The notes below the pieces were generated by a model that was not told the DNA's origin, searched no databases, and saw only the letters and a program-made list of their open reading frames with translations. From assembly GCA_034521675.1 (NCBI GenBank), contig JAXHLZ010000001.1, positions 57,629-121,628 of the forward strand: a stretch of 64,000 nucleotides of DNA, written 5' to 3'. Both the position numbers and the translations under genes were made by a program. Source of the DNA: Halobacteriales archaeon. GTDB lineage: Archaea; Halobacteriota; Halobacteria; Halobacteriales; Haloarculaceae. Positions 49,002 through 58,532 of this stretch are shown here, piece by piece; the first letter of the stretch is position 1, and each line of letters begins with the position of its first letter.

Positions 49002-50372
49002 ATGGGCATACCACCGGAACTCGGCGTTCTCCTGCAGACAGAGCAAATCGACCTGTACGTCACGACGGTCTCGAAAGAGGCGTTCTTCGCGTTTGGAATC
49101 GCCGTTATCGGTGTGCTCATCGTCTTCTCGGCGTTCTTCTCCTCCTCGGAGATCGCGCTGTTCTCGCTGGCGAGCCACCGCATCGAGAAGCTCGCCGAAG
49201 AGGGCTCTCCCAGTGCTGACACGCTCAAAGAGCTTCGCGACGACCCCCATCGGCTTCTCATCACTATCCTCGTCGGCAACAACATCGTCAACATCGCGAT
49301 GTCCTCCATCGCGACGGGTGTGTTCGCGCTGTATCTCTCACAGGGAGAGGCGGTCGCCGTCGCAACCTTCGGTATCACGGCCGTCGTCCTGCTGTTCGGC
49401 GAGTCCGCACCCAAGAGCTACGCCGTCGAGAACACCGAGTCGTGGGCGCTTCGAGTCGCCCGCCCGCTCAAAATCGCCGAGTACGTCCTCTACCCGCTCA
49501 TCATCGTCTTCGACCACCTGACCCGGCTCGTCAACAAGGTCACCGGCGGTCGCTCCACCATCGAAACGTCGTACGTCACCCGCGAAGAGATTCGCGACAT
49601 CATCGAGACGGGCGAACGCGAGGGCGTCATCGAGGAGGACGAACGGGAGATGTTCCAGCGTGTCTTCCGGTTTAACAACACGATTGCCAAGGAGGTAATG
49701 ACGCCGCGACTCGATATGACAGCCGTTCCCGTCGATACGACCGCTCAGGAGGCTATCGAGACGTGTATTCAGTCGGGCCACGCCCGCCTCCCCGTCTATG
49801 AGGGGAGTCTCGACAACGTCGTCGGCGTCGTCCATATCCGTGACCTCGTGCGCGATCTCGACTACGGCGAGCACGAGGCGCTCGACTTAGAACAGGTCAT
49901 CGAGCCGACGCTCCACGTTCCCGAGTCGAAGAACGTCGACGAACTACTGAAGGAGATGCGTCACAACCGGATGCCACTCGTCGTCGTCATCGACGAGTTC
50001 GGCACGACCGAGGGGCTGCTCACGATGGAAGATCTGACCGAAGAAATCGTCGGTGAGATTCTCGAAGGCGAGGAGGACGAACCCATCGAGTTCGTTGACG
50101 ACGATATCGCGATGGTTCGCGGCGAAGTGAATATCGAGGACGTGAACGACCGGCTCGACATTGAACTCCCCGAGGGACAGGAGTTCGAAACTATCGCCGG
50201 CTTCATCTTCAACCGTGCGGGCCGACTCGTCGAGGAAGGAGAAATCATCGAGTACGATAACGTCGAAATCCGCGTCGAAACCGTCGAGAACACCCGCATT
50301 ATGAAAGCACGCGTCACCCGGCTCGGCGAGCCCGAGGCGGACGAACTGGCCGCCGATCCGGAGAACGAGTAG
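49002..50372 (+). CDS. CNNM/CBS/CorC (hemolysin-family) membrane protein
   Basis: FFSSSEIA, ILVGNN, GESAPK, VMTPR, IDEFG, ETIAGF. Confidence 0.92.
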   Translation: MGIPPELGVLLQTEQIDLYVTTVSKEAFFAFGIAVIGVLIVFSAFFSSSEIALFSLASHRIEKLAEEGSPSADTLKELRDDPHRLLITILVGNNIVNIAMSSIATGVFALYLSQGEAVAVATFGITAVVLLFGESAPKSYAVENTESWALRVARPLKIAEYVLYPLIIVFDHLTRLVNKVTGGRSTIETSYVTREEIRDIIETGEREGVIEEDEREMFQRVFRFNNTIAKEVMTPRLDMTAVPVDTTAQEAIETCIQSGHARLPVYEGSLDNVVGVVHIRDLVRDLDYGEHEALDLEQVIEPTLHVPESKNVDELLKEMRHNRMPLVVVIDEFGTTEGLLTMEDLTEEIVGEILEGEEDEPIEFVDDDIAMVRGEVNIEDVNDRLDIELPEGQEFETIAGFIFNRAGRLVEEGEIIEYDNVEIRVETVENTRIMKARVTRLGEPEADELAADPENE

Positions 50373-50373
50373 G

Positions 50374-51075
50374 CTACTCTGGCGGCTCCAGCGCGATGAA
50401 CTCCAATCCCCGCTCCGCGAGCAGCTCGCTCGCCCGGTCGGTCACCGACGGGGCGACCAAAATTCCGCGGACGGTCGTTTCGTTGTGGCTCTCACGTCGG
50501 AGCGCGGTGACGTACCGGTCTAGCTGCCCGACAGCGTCTGGACCGACCCGCCGCCGCTTCAGCTCCACGACTACCGCGTTTCCGTTCTCGTCGACCCCGT
50601 AGATGTCGACCGCGCCGGCGGCGGTCTCCCGCTCGGTCGCCCGCGGCTCGAAGCCCGATTCAACGAGTGATGGCGACGCCAGCACGCGCTCGCGGAGGTC
50701 GGCCTCCGTCCCCGATACCGACAGCTCGGAGTCGTCGGTGACGGCGTAGCGGTCCACCGCTGCAACCGACTCGAAGTACACGTCCAGCGTTTCCTCTGGC
50801 GTGGTGCGCGTGCTATGGATGTGGAGATCGCCGTCGGTGAGACGGGACTCGTGGTCACAGCCGGGCGGCTGCCAGTTCACGGGTTGGTGCCCCTCGTCCG
50901 TGTGGACGAGCGCAGTGCCGTCGGGTTTTAATACGAGCAATCGGTCGCCCGGTCCGAGCGTTGAACTCGCACGGCCGTCGTACTCGACGCGACACCGCCC
51001 GAATACCGTCACCAGCTCACCGGCGTCAAGCCCAGCCTGCACCGTCTCGCGTGCGTCGCTCGGGTCGCGGTCCAT
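50374..51075 (-). CDS. nucS: Endonuclease NucS/EndoMS
   Basis: YDGRA, KPDG, PVNWQP, E..L, DIYG..VVVELKR, QLDRY. Confidence 0.94.
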   Translation of the reverse strand: MDRDPSDARETVQAGLDAGELVTVFGRCRVEYDGRASSTLGPGDRLLVLKPDGTALVHTDEGHQPVNWQPPGCDHESRLTDGDLHIHSTRTTPEETLDVYFESVAAVDRYAVTDDSELSVSGTEADLRERVLASPSLVESGFEPRATERETAAGAVDIYGVDENGNAVVVELKRRRVGPDAVGQLDRYVTALRRESHNETTVRGILVAPSVTDRASELLAERGLEFIALEPPE

Positions 51076-51103
51076 ACCGACGGCTGGGTCGGCGGCCGCT
51101 AAA

Positions 51104-51661
51104 TCACTCCGACTCCGGATGACAGGCCCGGTCGCCGGCGAACGAGCGAATTCGCCCGGCCATATACTCGCGAGCGCGCTGCTCGCCGAACACACCACAC
51201 TCCATCATATCGGCCGTGGCGGCCTTCGTTCCCTCGAACCAGCCGTGGGCGTACTCGCGCTCGTGTCCGGCGACCGGTAACAGGAGGCCGTCGCCGACGG
51301 CATCTCGCTCCGCTCCGCCGCGCGCGCCGAGTCCGAGATGGCAGACGAGAAACTGTTCGATATGCCAGTCGCGGTCGACGCGGTAACACCACGCGTAGCT
51401 CTGATAGTCGAGGGTCGCAACCAGCTTTGCCCACGCAACCCCGGTCGCCTGTGGAAGCGGCTCTACCGGCGTCTGAGCGTCGCTATCGTCGATATCGATG
51501 CCGAGTGGATCGAGTCGTTCTTGCAGGCGAGTGAGGTCACGACCCGCTGGCCCGCCGAACGGTGTCGCTGGCGTCAGTCGGTCGGGATCGGGGCGGTCGT
51601 GGGCGTAGTGAGTGTCGTAGCCGTCGGCGCGTTCGTACGCGACGAGCGTTCGGTCGGCCAT
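51104..51661 (-). CDS. Hypothetical protein
   Basis: Plausible codon use; MADRTLVAYERADGYDTHY. Confidence 0.65.
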   Translation of the reverse strand: MADRTLVAYERADGYDTHYAHDRPDPDRLTPATPFGGPAGRDLTRLQERLDPLGIDIDDSDAQTPVEPLPQATGVAWAKLVATLDYQSYAWCYRVDRDWHIEQFLVCHLGLGARGGAERDAVGDGLLLPVAGHEREYAHGWFEGTKAATADMMECGVFGEQRAREYMAGRIRSFAGDRACHPESE

Positions 51662-51734
51662 ACGGTCGATGGCCGCGGCTTCCTACTTGAGTTCGGACCG
51701 AAGCGGCTTTCTCCCCGCTCGTTCGTCCGTGTGT

Positions 51735-52316
51735 ATGAGCGAGCGTAGCGAGACCGAGCAGGAAGCGATGGCCGCCACGTACGCCGCGCTCGTCGACCAC
51801 GGCTACGCCGGTCTCACCATCCAGACGATCGCTGATGAGTTCCCCAAGAGCAAGTCGCTACTCTACTACCACTACGACGACAAGGACGCCATCCTCCAAG
51901 AGTTCCTCTCGTACCTCGTCGCACAGTTCCGCGCCGACTTCGAAATCGACGATGAGGACGACCCCCGCGAGACGCTCGAAGCGCTGCTCGACGGTATTCT
52001 CCCCCGTGATATCGACCCCGAACGTCGTGCCTTTCGGGTCGCGCTCCTCGAACTGCTCGCGCGCGCTCCACACGACGAGAGCTACGCCGACTCGCTGACA
52101 GACCTCTACGCCGCTATCCACGGCCGCATCGCTGCCGTCATCACTGCCGGTATCGAGTCGGACGCCTTCTACCCCGTCGATGCCGAGGACACCGCCACCG
52201 CCCTCGTCGCGCTTGCCTCCGGTGGAATGTTATGGGGCGTCACAACTGACCCTGCCGTGGCCGGGCGCGTCCGCGCCGTCCTCGACGGCTATCTCGACGC
52301 CGAGCTCTACCGGTAA
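51735..52316 (+). CDS. TetR family regulator
   Basis: HGYAGLTIQTIADEFPKSKSLLYYHYDDK HTH. Confidence 0.92.
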   Translation: MSERSETEQEAMAATYAALVDHGYAGLTIQTIADEFPKSKSLLYYHYDDKDAILQEFLSYLVAQFRADFEIDDEDDPRETLEALLDGILPRDIDPERRAFRVALLELLARAPHDESYADSLTDLYAAIHGRIAAVITAGIESDAFYPVDAEDTATALVALASGGMLWGVTTDPAVAGRVRAVLDGYLDAELYR

Positions 52317-52705
52317 GCTTCGCGAAGGAACGCTATCGCCGCGCCCAACATCGCCAGATTCCCGAAGAAAGCGAGCCGCTCTCCGCCCGCATCTTCTTTG
52401 TTCCAGAAGTCGTGCATCGTCGGCGTTACGATAGCGAGGAACGTCACCACCGCACCGGTCGCCACCTTCGGCAGTCGCCACGCCGCAATGGCGAGCCCGC
52501 CGAGCAGGGCTGTCCCCGAGCCGAGCGGCGCGGCGATCTCGGGAACAGGTACGCCCGCCGACTCGGCGTACTCGACGTTGTCCTCCATATCGCGGAAGTC
52601 CTCGGAGGCTTGGAGTGCGATGCCGAGTCCGAACAGGATGCGCCCAAGTCGTGATACCGTCTGTCGTTGCTTTCCCGTGTCGATGCGGTCGATTTCGTTT
52701 CCCAT
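52307..52705 (-). CDS. DoxX family membrane protein
   Basis: LGRILFG, TPTMHDFW, FFGNLAMLG. Confidence 0.88.
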   Translation of the reverse strand: MGNEIDRIDTGKQRQTVSRLGRILFGLGIALQASEDFRDMEDNVEYAESAGVPVPEIAAPLGSGTALLGGLAIAAWRLPKVATGAVVTFLAIVTPTMHDFWNKEDAGGERLAFFGNLAMLGAAIAFLREAYR

Positions 52706-52749
52706 ACTAGCTGTAACGCCGGTTATCTGTTAAATGTATGTCCTGGCTG

Positions 52750-52860
52750 TCACTGCGATTTCTGCTGAATCTGCTGCCAGATCGGGCGTATCTCGAGCAT
52801 CACGAGTACGCTCAACAACACGCCAGCGACGACCATTTCGGTGTCCGAACTGAACTCCAT
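52750..52860 (-). CDS. Possible small single-TM protein (36 aa)
   Basis: MEFSSDTEMVVAGVLLSVLVMLEIRPIWQQIQQKSQ. Confidence 0.35.
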   Translation of the reverse strand: MEFSSDTEMVVAGVLLSVLVMLEIRPIWQQIQQKSQ

Positions 52861-53007
52861 ACTCTGACATACGTGCCAGGGAGACAAGATGTTTGCGACG
52901 AGTTCACACACCTGGATCCCAGTAGTCTGAGACCAGCCCACTCTTGTGACTTGGCAGACGGTCACCTCGGGAGAAGCGATTTATTTGACCCTCCCCAAAT
53001 AACAGCC

Positions 53008-53235
53008 GTGAGTACACCAACTGAAGAAGCGACCGACAGTATCGAGAGCGACACATTCGGCCCGGTTGTGCTGGCGTCTATCGGGTCCGTGTTACTGGCC
53101 CTGTACTTCTACTACGTGCAGGGAGACAAACAGCGTGGGCAGTTCGTCGGCTTCTGGCCCGTGACGATTCTGGGGCTGGCCTCGTACTTCAAGCTCGAGG
53201 AGATCAGACAGCAGATGGCTGAAGACGAAGCGTAG
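53008..53235 (+). CDS. Small membrane protein
   Basis: PVVLASIGSVLLALYFYY...GQFVGFWPVTIL; GTG start after a TTATTT box. Confidence 0.7.
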   Translation: MSTPTEEATDSIESDTFGPVVLASIGSVLLALYFYYVQGDKQRGQFVGFWPVTILGLASYFKLEEIRQQMAEDEA

Positions 53236-53395
53236 GTCTCGAACGGTCGTATCCATATTTTTGAATGCGCACTGCTCCGCACGAACGCGGATAGATACGA
53301 CACCGCTAGCCGCCAAAACGAGCCTAAACGACTGCGTGGCCTACAGGTGGTTCAAAACGGGTGCTTCGAGATGAGGAGATACGGGATATCTCGGA

Positions 53396-53986
53396 CTACT
53401 TACCCTGTCGTCCGTTCGAGGTGACGGACGGGCGGGTCTTCTCGGTACCCTTGCCGCGCGTACGGAGTCCGCGCCCCTGTGAGCCGGCGCTGGTCTTGCC
53501 ACGGAAGACGCGTCCCTGCTGGTTGTCCGCACAGATCCAGTTCAGGTCGTCGTCGTTCTGGATTGCGCCGTGTTCGGGGTCCAGCAGGATGACTTCGAAC
53601 CACTTCTGCGAGCCGTCCTCGCCGACCCAGTAGCTGTTGAGGACGCGCAGATTGCGGAACTTCCGCGAGACGCGCTCCTCGCCGATGCGCTGGATGGACT
53701 TGCGGCGAGTGATCTTGTTGACACCCTGGCGCTTCGACCGGCGACCGGCCTTGAAGCGCTGCTTGCGCGCGCTGCCCTTGCGGACGGCGACGCGGGCGAC
53801 GACGACGCCCTGCTTGGCCTTGTAGCCGAGCGAGCGTGCGCGGTCGAGCCGGGTGGGGCGCTCGATGCGCTCGATTGCGCCCTGCTTGCGCCACTCCTGC
53901 TGGCGCTGCCACTGTAGCTCTGCGAGTTTCCCCTCCTTCGGGGTCTGCCAGGCCTCCCGGATGTGCGAGTAGAAGCTTCGTGCCAT
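53396..53986 (-). CDS. rpl15e: 50S ribosomal protein L15e
   Basis: RPTRLDRARSLGYKAKQG, LNSYWVGED, FRGKTSAG. Confidence 0.98.
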   Translation of the reverse strand: MARSFYSHIREAWQTPKEGKLAELQWQRQQEWRKQGAIERIERPTRLDRARSLGYKAKQGVVVARVAVRKGSARKQRFKAGRRSKRQGVNKITRRKSIQRIGEERVSRKFRNLRVLNSYWVGEDGSQKWFEVILLDPEHGAIQNDDDLNWICADNQQGRVFRGKTSAGSQGRGLRTRGKGTEKTRPSVTSNGRQGK

Positions 53987-54072
53987 AGTTCTCCGCGGGC
54001 GTTGCGTGGTTCAACACATCCGTCGTGTCACATTCCGGCCTGCCGTAGCAGGTGCCCATCGGAAGCCCGCCA
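53987..54072 (-). ncRNA. Structured 5' leader of rpl15e (candidate eL15 r-leader)
   Basis: CCUGC-UACG-GCAGG UNCG hairpin (54039-54052) enclosed by GCGGGC/GCCCGC (54065-70/53995-54000). An eL15 leader is described for Euryarchaeota. Confidence 0.6.
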
Positions 54073-54168
54073 AACCGATGTGCTTGTCTCACCTTCTCCG
54101 TTCGCGGGCAAAAGGGCGTCGAAATACGCGGTCACAAGCCGTATGACTGGACCCCGCGAACGCGAGGT

Positions 54169-55185
54169 ATGCGCAGCCGTCTCGCGCTCGTCTCGCTCGC
54201 ACTCGTCGTTCTGCTCGCCGGCTGTGGCGGGGCCATCCCGTCTATTCCCGACGACTCCGGCGCGACGGCAACGCCGGAGTGGACCGGTGACCCGGACAAT
54301 CCCTATCGGGAAACGACGTTGACGGTGACGCTTGCCGACGAGGTCGGCACCGATCGCGACTACGAACCGCTCGTCCGCGAGGCGCTCGACTACTGGGAGC
54401 AGCGCGCCGCGGAGTACGCCGGCTACCCGATCGAGTACGACCTCCGAGCGAACGCGACCGACCCCGACGTACGGATTCGGTTCGTCGAGAACATCGACAG
54501 CTGTGGCCACGACGGTACGCAGCTCACCGCCGGCTGTGCGCCGTATATCACCGACGGCCCGGTAAACCGCCCGGCGAACGTTCGCATCGAGACGGGATTC
54601 GACAACGCCTCGACGGTCCTCCTGCTCCAGCACGAACTCGGCCACACGCTCGGCTTGAGCCACGACGACCCGCCCCGCGACGTGATGAGCGCGCAGGCGA
54701 AACTGTACACGCTGCCACAACCTGATGCAACTGAGCGCGCCCTTCCGTGGGGCTCGCCCGATCTCACCTACGCTGTCGACTACGACGGCGTCGCACCCAG
54801 CGAGCACGACGCCACCCGTCGACAGGTGACGGAGGCCCTCGATTACATTGCTCGCGGTGCGGACGGGACGGTCCCGGAGAACGTTACCTTCACGCGCGTC
54901 TCGGACCCAGAACGGGCGAACGTGACGATTCGGTTCACTGAGAGCGACCCCTGTAGCGACGGCAGCGGCTCCTGTGGCTCGTTGCGCGGGCTCGACCCCG
55001 ACGGCGACGACGCGCTGGAGACGTACACCCGGCTGTCGATAACGGTCGTCGATATCGACACCGAGGCCCGCGGATGGCACGTCGGCTCCTGGACGGCTCG
55101 CGGCTTCGGGCTCCGCGGTGAGGCACTTCCCGAGCCACTTCGGTCGTCGGACCCAGATGTGCGCCGCAGCGAGTGGTGGCGGTGA
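54169..55185 (+). CDS. Matrixin-like zinc metalloprotease lipoprotein
   Basis: LAGC lipobox; HELGHTLGLSH and Met-turn DVM. Confidence 0.85.
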   Translation: MRSRLALVSLALVVLLAGCGGAIPSIPDDSGATATPEWTGDPDNPYRETTLTVTLADEVGTDRDYEPLVREALDYWEQRAAEYAGYPIEYDLRANATDPDVRIRFVENIDSCGHDGTQLTAGCAPYITDGPVNRPANVRIETGFDNASTVLLLQHELGHTLGLSHDDPPRDVMSAQAKLYTLPQPDATERALPWGSPDLTYAVDYDGVAPSEHDATRRQVTEALDYIARGADGTVPENVTFTRVSDPERANVTIRFTESDPCSDGSGSCGSLRGLDPDGDDALETYTRLSITVVDIDTEARGWHVGSWTARGFGLRGEALPEPLRSSDPDVRRSEWWR

Positions 55186-55189
55186 ATCG

Positions 55190-56272
55190 TCACTCCCAAC
55201 GGAACTGACCATCCTTCTGGACAACCTCGCCATCCACTGAGAGCCGCGACTCACCGCGCATATCGGTAATAAGATCGACGTGGACAGTAGAGTCGTTGCC
55301 CGACTCTCCGTCCGGATGATTCGAGTCGTAGGCTCGCCCGAGCGCGAGATGGACCGTCCCGCCCATCTTCTCATCGAAGAGGATGTTGTCGGTGATTCGG
55401 TCGATACCGCGATTCATCCCGATGCCGAGCTCGCCGAGCCGTCGAGACCCATCGTCCGTCTCGACGATATCCCAGAGTACGTCTTCGCCCTGCGCAGCGT
55501 CGATATCTGTCACCTCGCCGTCGGCGAACTCGACGCGTGCGTCGCGAATCGGCTTTCCCCGAACCGTCATCGGGATGTCGAAGGTGACGTGTCCCTCGGT
55601 CGCGTACGGCGCGGTGAACACCTCGCCAGAGGGGAGATTGTGTGAGTCGTACGCGACGCTGGCACAGGAGTTGACGGCTGTGCGCCCGTCGATTCGCATC
55701 GTGAGGTCCGTCCCCTCGTTCTCGATGTGGACCTCCGTGCCGGCGTCGAGCAGCTCCTTCATCTGTGCCATCTCGTCGGCCAGCGACTGCCAGTCGCGCA
55801 GGACGGCGTCGTAGACGAAGTTGCGGTAGTCGGCGATCGACATACCGGCCTGCTGTGCGAGCGACCGCGTCGGATGGACGGTCGACATCCAGTCGCTGTC
55901 GGAGCGCGCCTCCCGAATCCCCTGTCGGGCCTCGCCGTAGGCGCGCTGCTTCCCTGGGTCCACGTCGGCCATCTCAGCGGTGTTGCGTCCGCCGCCGAGT
56001 CTGAGCACGGTATCGGCGTGCTCGTACAGCGCAAGTTCGTGGGCGGGATCGGTGTCAAAGTCGCCGTCGTGCGATTCGAGATAGGCGCGCGATAGCTCCC
56101 CGGAGCCGTAGGTCGTGTGGACGTTCGCGCCGCGCTCGCCGAGCGCCTCTGCGACGGCGACGCCGAGATCGTGTGCATCCTCTGCAACGCTGAGGACGAC
56201 GTTGTCTCCCGACTCGATGCGTGCACTCCAGTCGACCAGCGTCTCGGCGTGATCGTGAATCCGCGGGTCCAT
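55190..56272 (-). CDS. Aminopeptidase (M29/AmpS family)
   Basis: NLPSGEVFTAP, GELGIG, FDEK, HLALG, HVD. Confidence 0.92.
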   Translation of the reverse strand: MDPRIHDHAETLVDWSARIESGDNVVLSVAEDAHDLGVAVAEALGERGANVHTTYGSGELSRAYLESHDGDFDTDPAHELALYEHADTVLRLGGGRNTAEMADVDPGKQRAYGEARQGIREARSDSDWMSTVHPTRSLAQQAGMSIADYRNFVYDAVLRDWQSLADEMAQMKELLDAGTEVHIENEGTDLTMRIDGRTAVNSCASVAYDSHNLPSGEVFTAPYATEGHVTFDIPMTVRGKPIRDARVEFADGEVTDIDAAQGEDVLWDIVETDDGSRRLGELGIGMNRGIDRITDNILFDEKMGGTVHLALGRAYDSNHPDGESGNDSTVHVDLITDMRGESRLSVDGEVVQKDGQFRWE

Positions 56273-56365
56273 ACCGGGGCGCACGGCGGGAGAGAGGGTG
56301 AGTGTTGTGCCATTTGCTGACGTGTGGAAAGTAACGCCTATACGCGACCGTTCAGTAACGCACCT

Positions 56366-57274
56366 ATGCAACGGCGAGTCGCGGCGATATATCTCGTCTT
56401 CTTCGTGCTGCTGGGAGCGAGTGCGTTCTCGGTGCACGCGCTGGCTGAACAGCCGGAGATCACGGCACCCGGTCAGGAGCAAAAGGAGATCGATACGACC
56501 CTTTCGAACGGCGAACTGTATGAGAACGGCTCGGAATTCACTCGCGGCGGGACCGAGTACACCGTTCTGCTATCGATGGAGGAAGCGAGCGGTGGGGGTC
56601 ACGGCGGTGGCGGCGGAATGGCTCCAGCGGGGAGTCTGAGCTACACCGCGACGGGCGTCCAGCAGACCGCTGAGTGGGAGAACAGCTCCACGATCACCTA
56701 CGACGGCACCGACTACACCGTCGCGCTGGACGCTGATGCCAGCCCGCCGACGGTGACGCTGACTCAGACGTTCGACGTGCCCGCGCTGTTGAGCGCTGAC
56801 GACTCAGTCTACAACCAGACCGTCACGCAGGACGGCACCGAGTACGTCACCTATCGGTCGAACAATACCAATATCCCGCTCTCGGAGTACCTCCCCGACC
56901 CCGCCACCGAGACGTTCGAGCAGGGTGACACCGTCGAGTACGAGAACACCACGACCACGCTGAGCGAGGTCACGAGCGATGTCGCGACCCTCTCCTGGAC
57001 TATCTCCGAGCAGAGCGAGCGCGAACTCGCCGAGGGTGGAAACATTACACTCGCTGACGACACCAGATACTTCGCCCACTTCAAGGGCCATAGCGAGGAA
57101 AATCTCCGAGTGATTCTGGCATCCTCGGACACCGACTGGAGCGCCTATCAGACCGGACTCGCCCGGCAGGACTACTATCACGAGCGACAGAACGGGCTGT
57201 GGGGCATCATTTATATCACCGCGATCGCGTCGTTACTTATTATCGGACTGGCGTATATGCCGGTTCGCGGCTGA
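56366..57274 (+). CDS. Hypothetical membrane-anchored surface protein
   Basis: N- and C-terminal TM helices around an acidic, Thr-rich region with several NxS/T sequons. Confidence 0.75.
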   Translation: MQRRVAAIYLVFFVLLGASAFSVHALAEQPEITAPGQEQKEIDTTLSNGELYENGSEFTRGGTEYTVLLSMEEASGGGHGGGGGMAPAGSLSYTATGVQQTAEWENSSTITYDGTDYTVALDADASPPTVTLTQTFDVPALLSADDSVYNQTVTQDGTEYVTYRSNNTNIPLSEYLPDPATETFEQGDTVEYENTTTTLSEVTSDVATLSWTISEQSERELAEGGNITLADDTRYFAHFKGHSEENLRVILASSDTDWSAYQTGLARQDYYHERQNGLWGIIYITAIASLLIIGLAYMPVRG

Positions 57275-57335
57275 TTATCTCCGCTATGTTTCCATCTGAT
57301 GGATGTATAAATAATCGGAGCCTGTCCCTTCGATA

Positions 57336-58532
57336 ATGGTCTCTATCGTTACACTGCTCGTCGCCGCCTTCGCTTCGCTGTTTATGGCGTGGGCTATCGG
57401 TGCCGGTTCCTCCGGCTCCACCCCGTTCGCGCCCGCCGTCGGTGCGAACGCAATCAGCGTGATGCGGGCCGGCTTTGTCGTCGGTCTCCTCGGACTGGCC
57501 GGCGCGTTTCTGCAGGGTGCCAACGTCACCGAAGCCGTTGGCTCCGAACTCGTTATCGGCGGTAGCCTCTCGCCTACGGCAGCTATCGTCGCGCTCGCGA
57601 CCGCTGCCGTGCTCGTCGCGATCGGCGTCTTCGCCGGCTATCCTATCGCCACCGCCTTCACCGTCACCGGGGCTGTCGTCGGCTCCGGGATCGCACTTGG
57701 ACTCGGTCCCGCGTGGTCCAAATACGCCGAAATTGCGTCGCTGTGGCTGCTCACGCCGTTCATTGGCGGCGGCATCGCCTTCGGCACTGCGAAACTGCTC
57801 CGCGACGAGCGCGTCCCCGAGTCGGTCGCTATCCCCGGTCTCGCTGCCATCGTCGGGATAATTCTCGCGAATATCGAGTTCGTCCTGCTCGGCCCTGGCG
57901 ACTCGGCCCGCGGTATCGCGACTGCCGTCACCCGCGTCATCCTCGGCGAGAATGTGACTGGCACACCCGTGCTCGTGGGGACAGTGATCGCGACCGTCGC
58001 TTTCGCCGGTTTCTTTGCCGGACTGCTTAGACTCGATATTACTCGTGACGAGGCCGCCGGCCAGCGCCACTTTCTGCTCGCGCTCGGCGGGCTTGTCGCC
58101 TTCTCTGCCGGCGGCTCGCAGGTCGGCCTCGCGCTCGGCCCGCTCATCCCCCTGCTCGAACAGGGGAATATCGACATCGCACTGCCCGTGCTGCTGTTCG
58201 GTGGCGGAGTCGGCCTGCTCGCCGGCTCGTGGACCGGCGCGCCACGGATGATCAAGGCGCTCTCACAGGACTACTCAAGTCTCGGCCCGCGCCGCTCGAT
58301 CGCCGCGCTCATCCCCTCCTTCGCCATCGCGCAGTCGGCCGTCTTCTTCGGCGTCCCCGTCTCGTTCAACGAGATCATCGTCTCGGCCATCATCGGGTCG
58401 GGCTACGCCGCCGGCGGGGCCGGCGTCTCTCGCCAGAAGATGCTCTACACCGTCCTCGCGTGGATCGGTTCGCTCGCGCTCGCGCTCCTGCTTAGCTTCG
58501 GCGGTTTCCGGCTCGTCGACGCGCTACTTTAA
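57336..58532 (+). CDS. Inorganic phosphate transporter (PiT family)
   Basis: [31 protein letters not shown]. Confidence 0.85.
   Translation: MVSIVTLLVAAFASLFMAWAIGAGSSGSTPFAPAVGANAISVMRAGFVVGLLGLAGAFLQGANVTEAVGSELVIGGSLSPTAAIVALATAAVLVAIGVFAGYPIATAFTVTGAVVGSGIALGLGPAWSKYAEIASLWLLTPFIGGGIAFGTAKLLRDERVPESVAIPGLAAIVGIILANIEFVLLGPGDSARGIATAVTRVILGENVTGTPVLVGTVIATVAFAGFFAGLLRLDITRDEAAGQRHFLLALGGLVAFSAGGSQVGLALGPLIPLLEQGNIDIALPVLLFGGGVGLLAGSWTGAPRMIKALSQDYSSLGPRRSIAALIPSFAIAQSAVFFGVPVSFNEIIVSAIIGSGYAAGGAGVSRQKMLYTVLAWIGSLALALLLSFGGFRLVDALL

Noticed and set aside
53240-53395. Possible ncRNA or element between the small membrane gene and rpl15e
   Set aside because: Only short inverted repeats (GTCGTATC/GATACGAC, GAGATA/TATCTC), no second copy and no tRNA-like fold.
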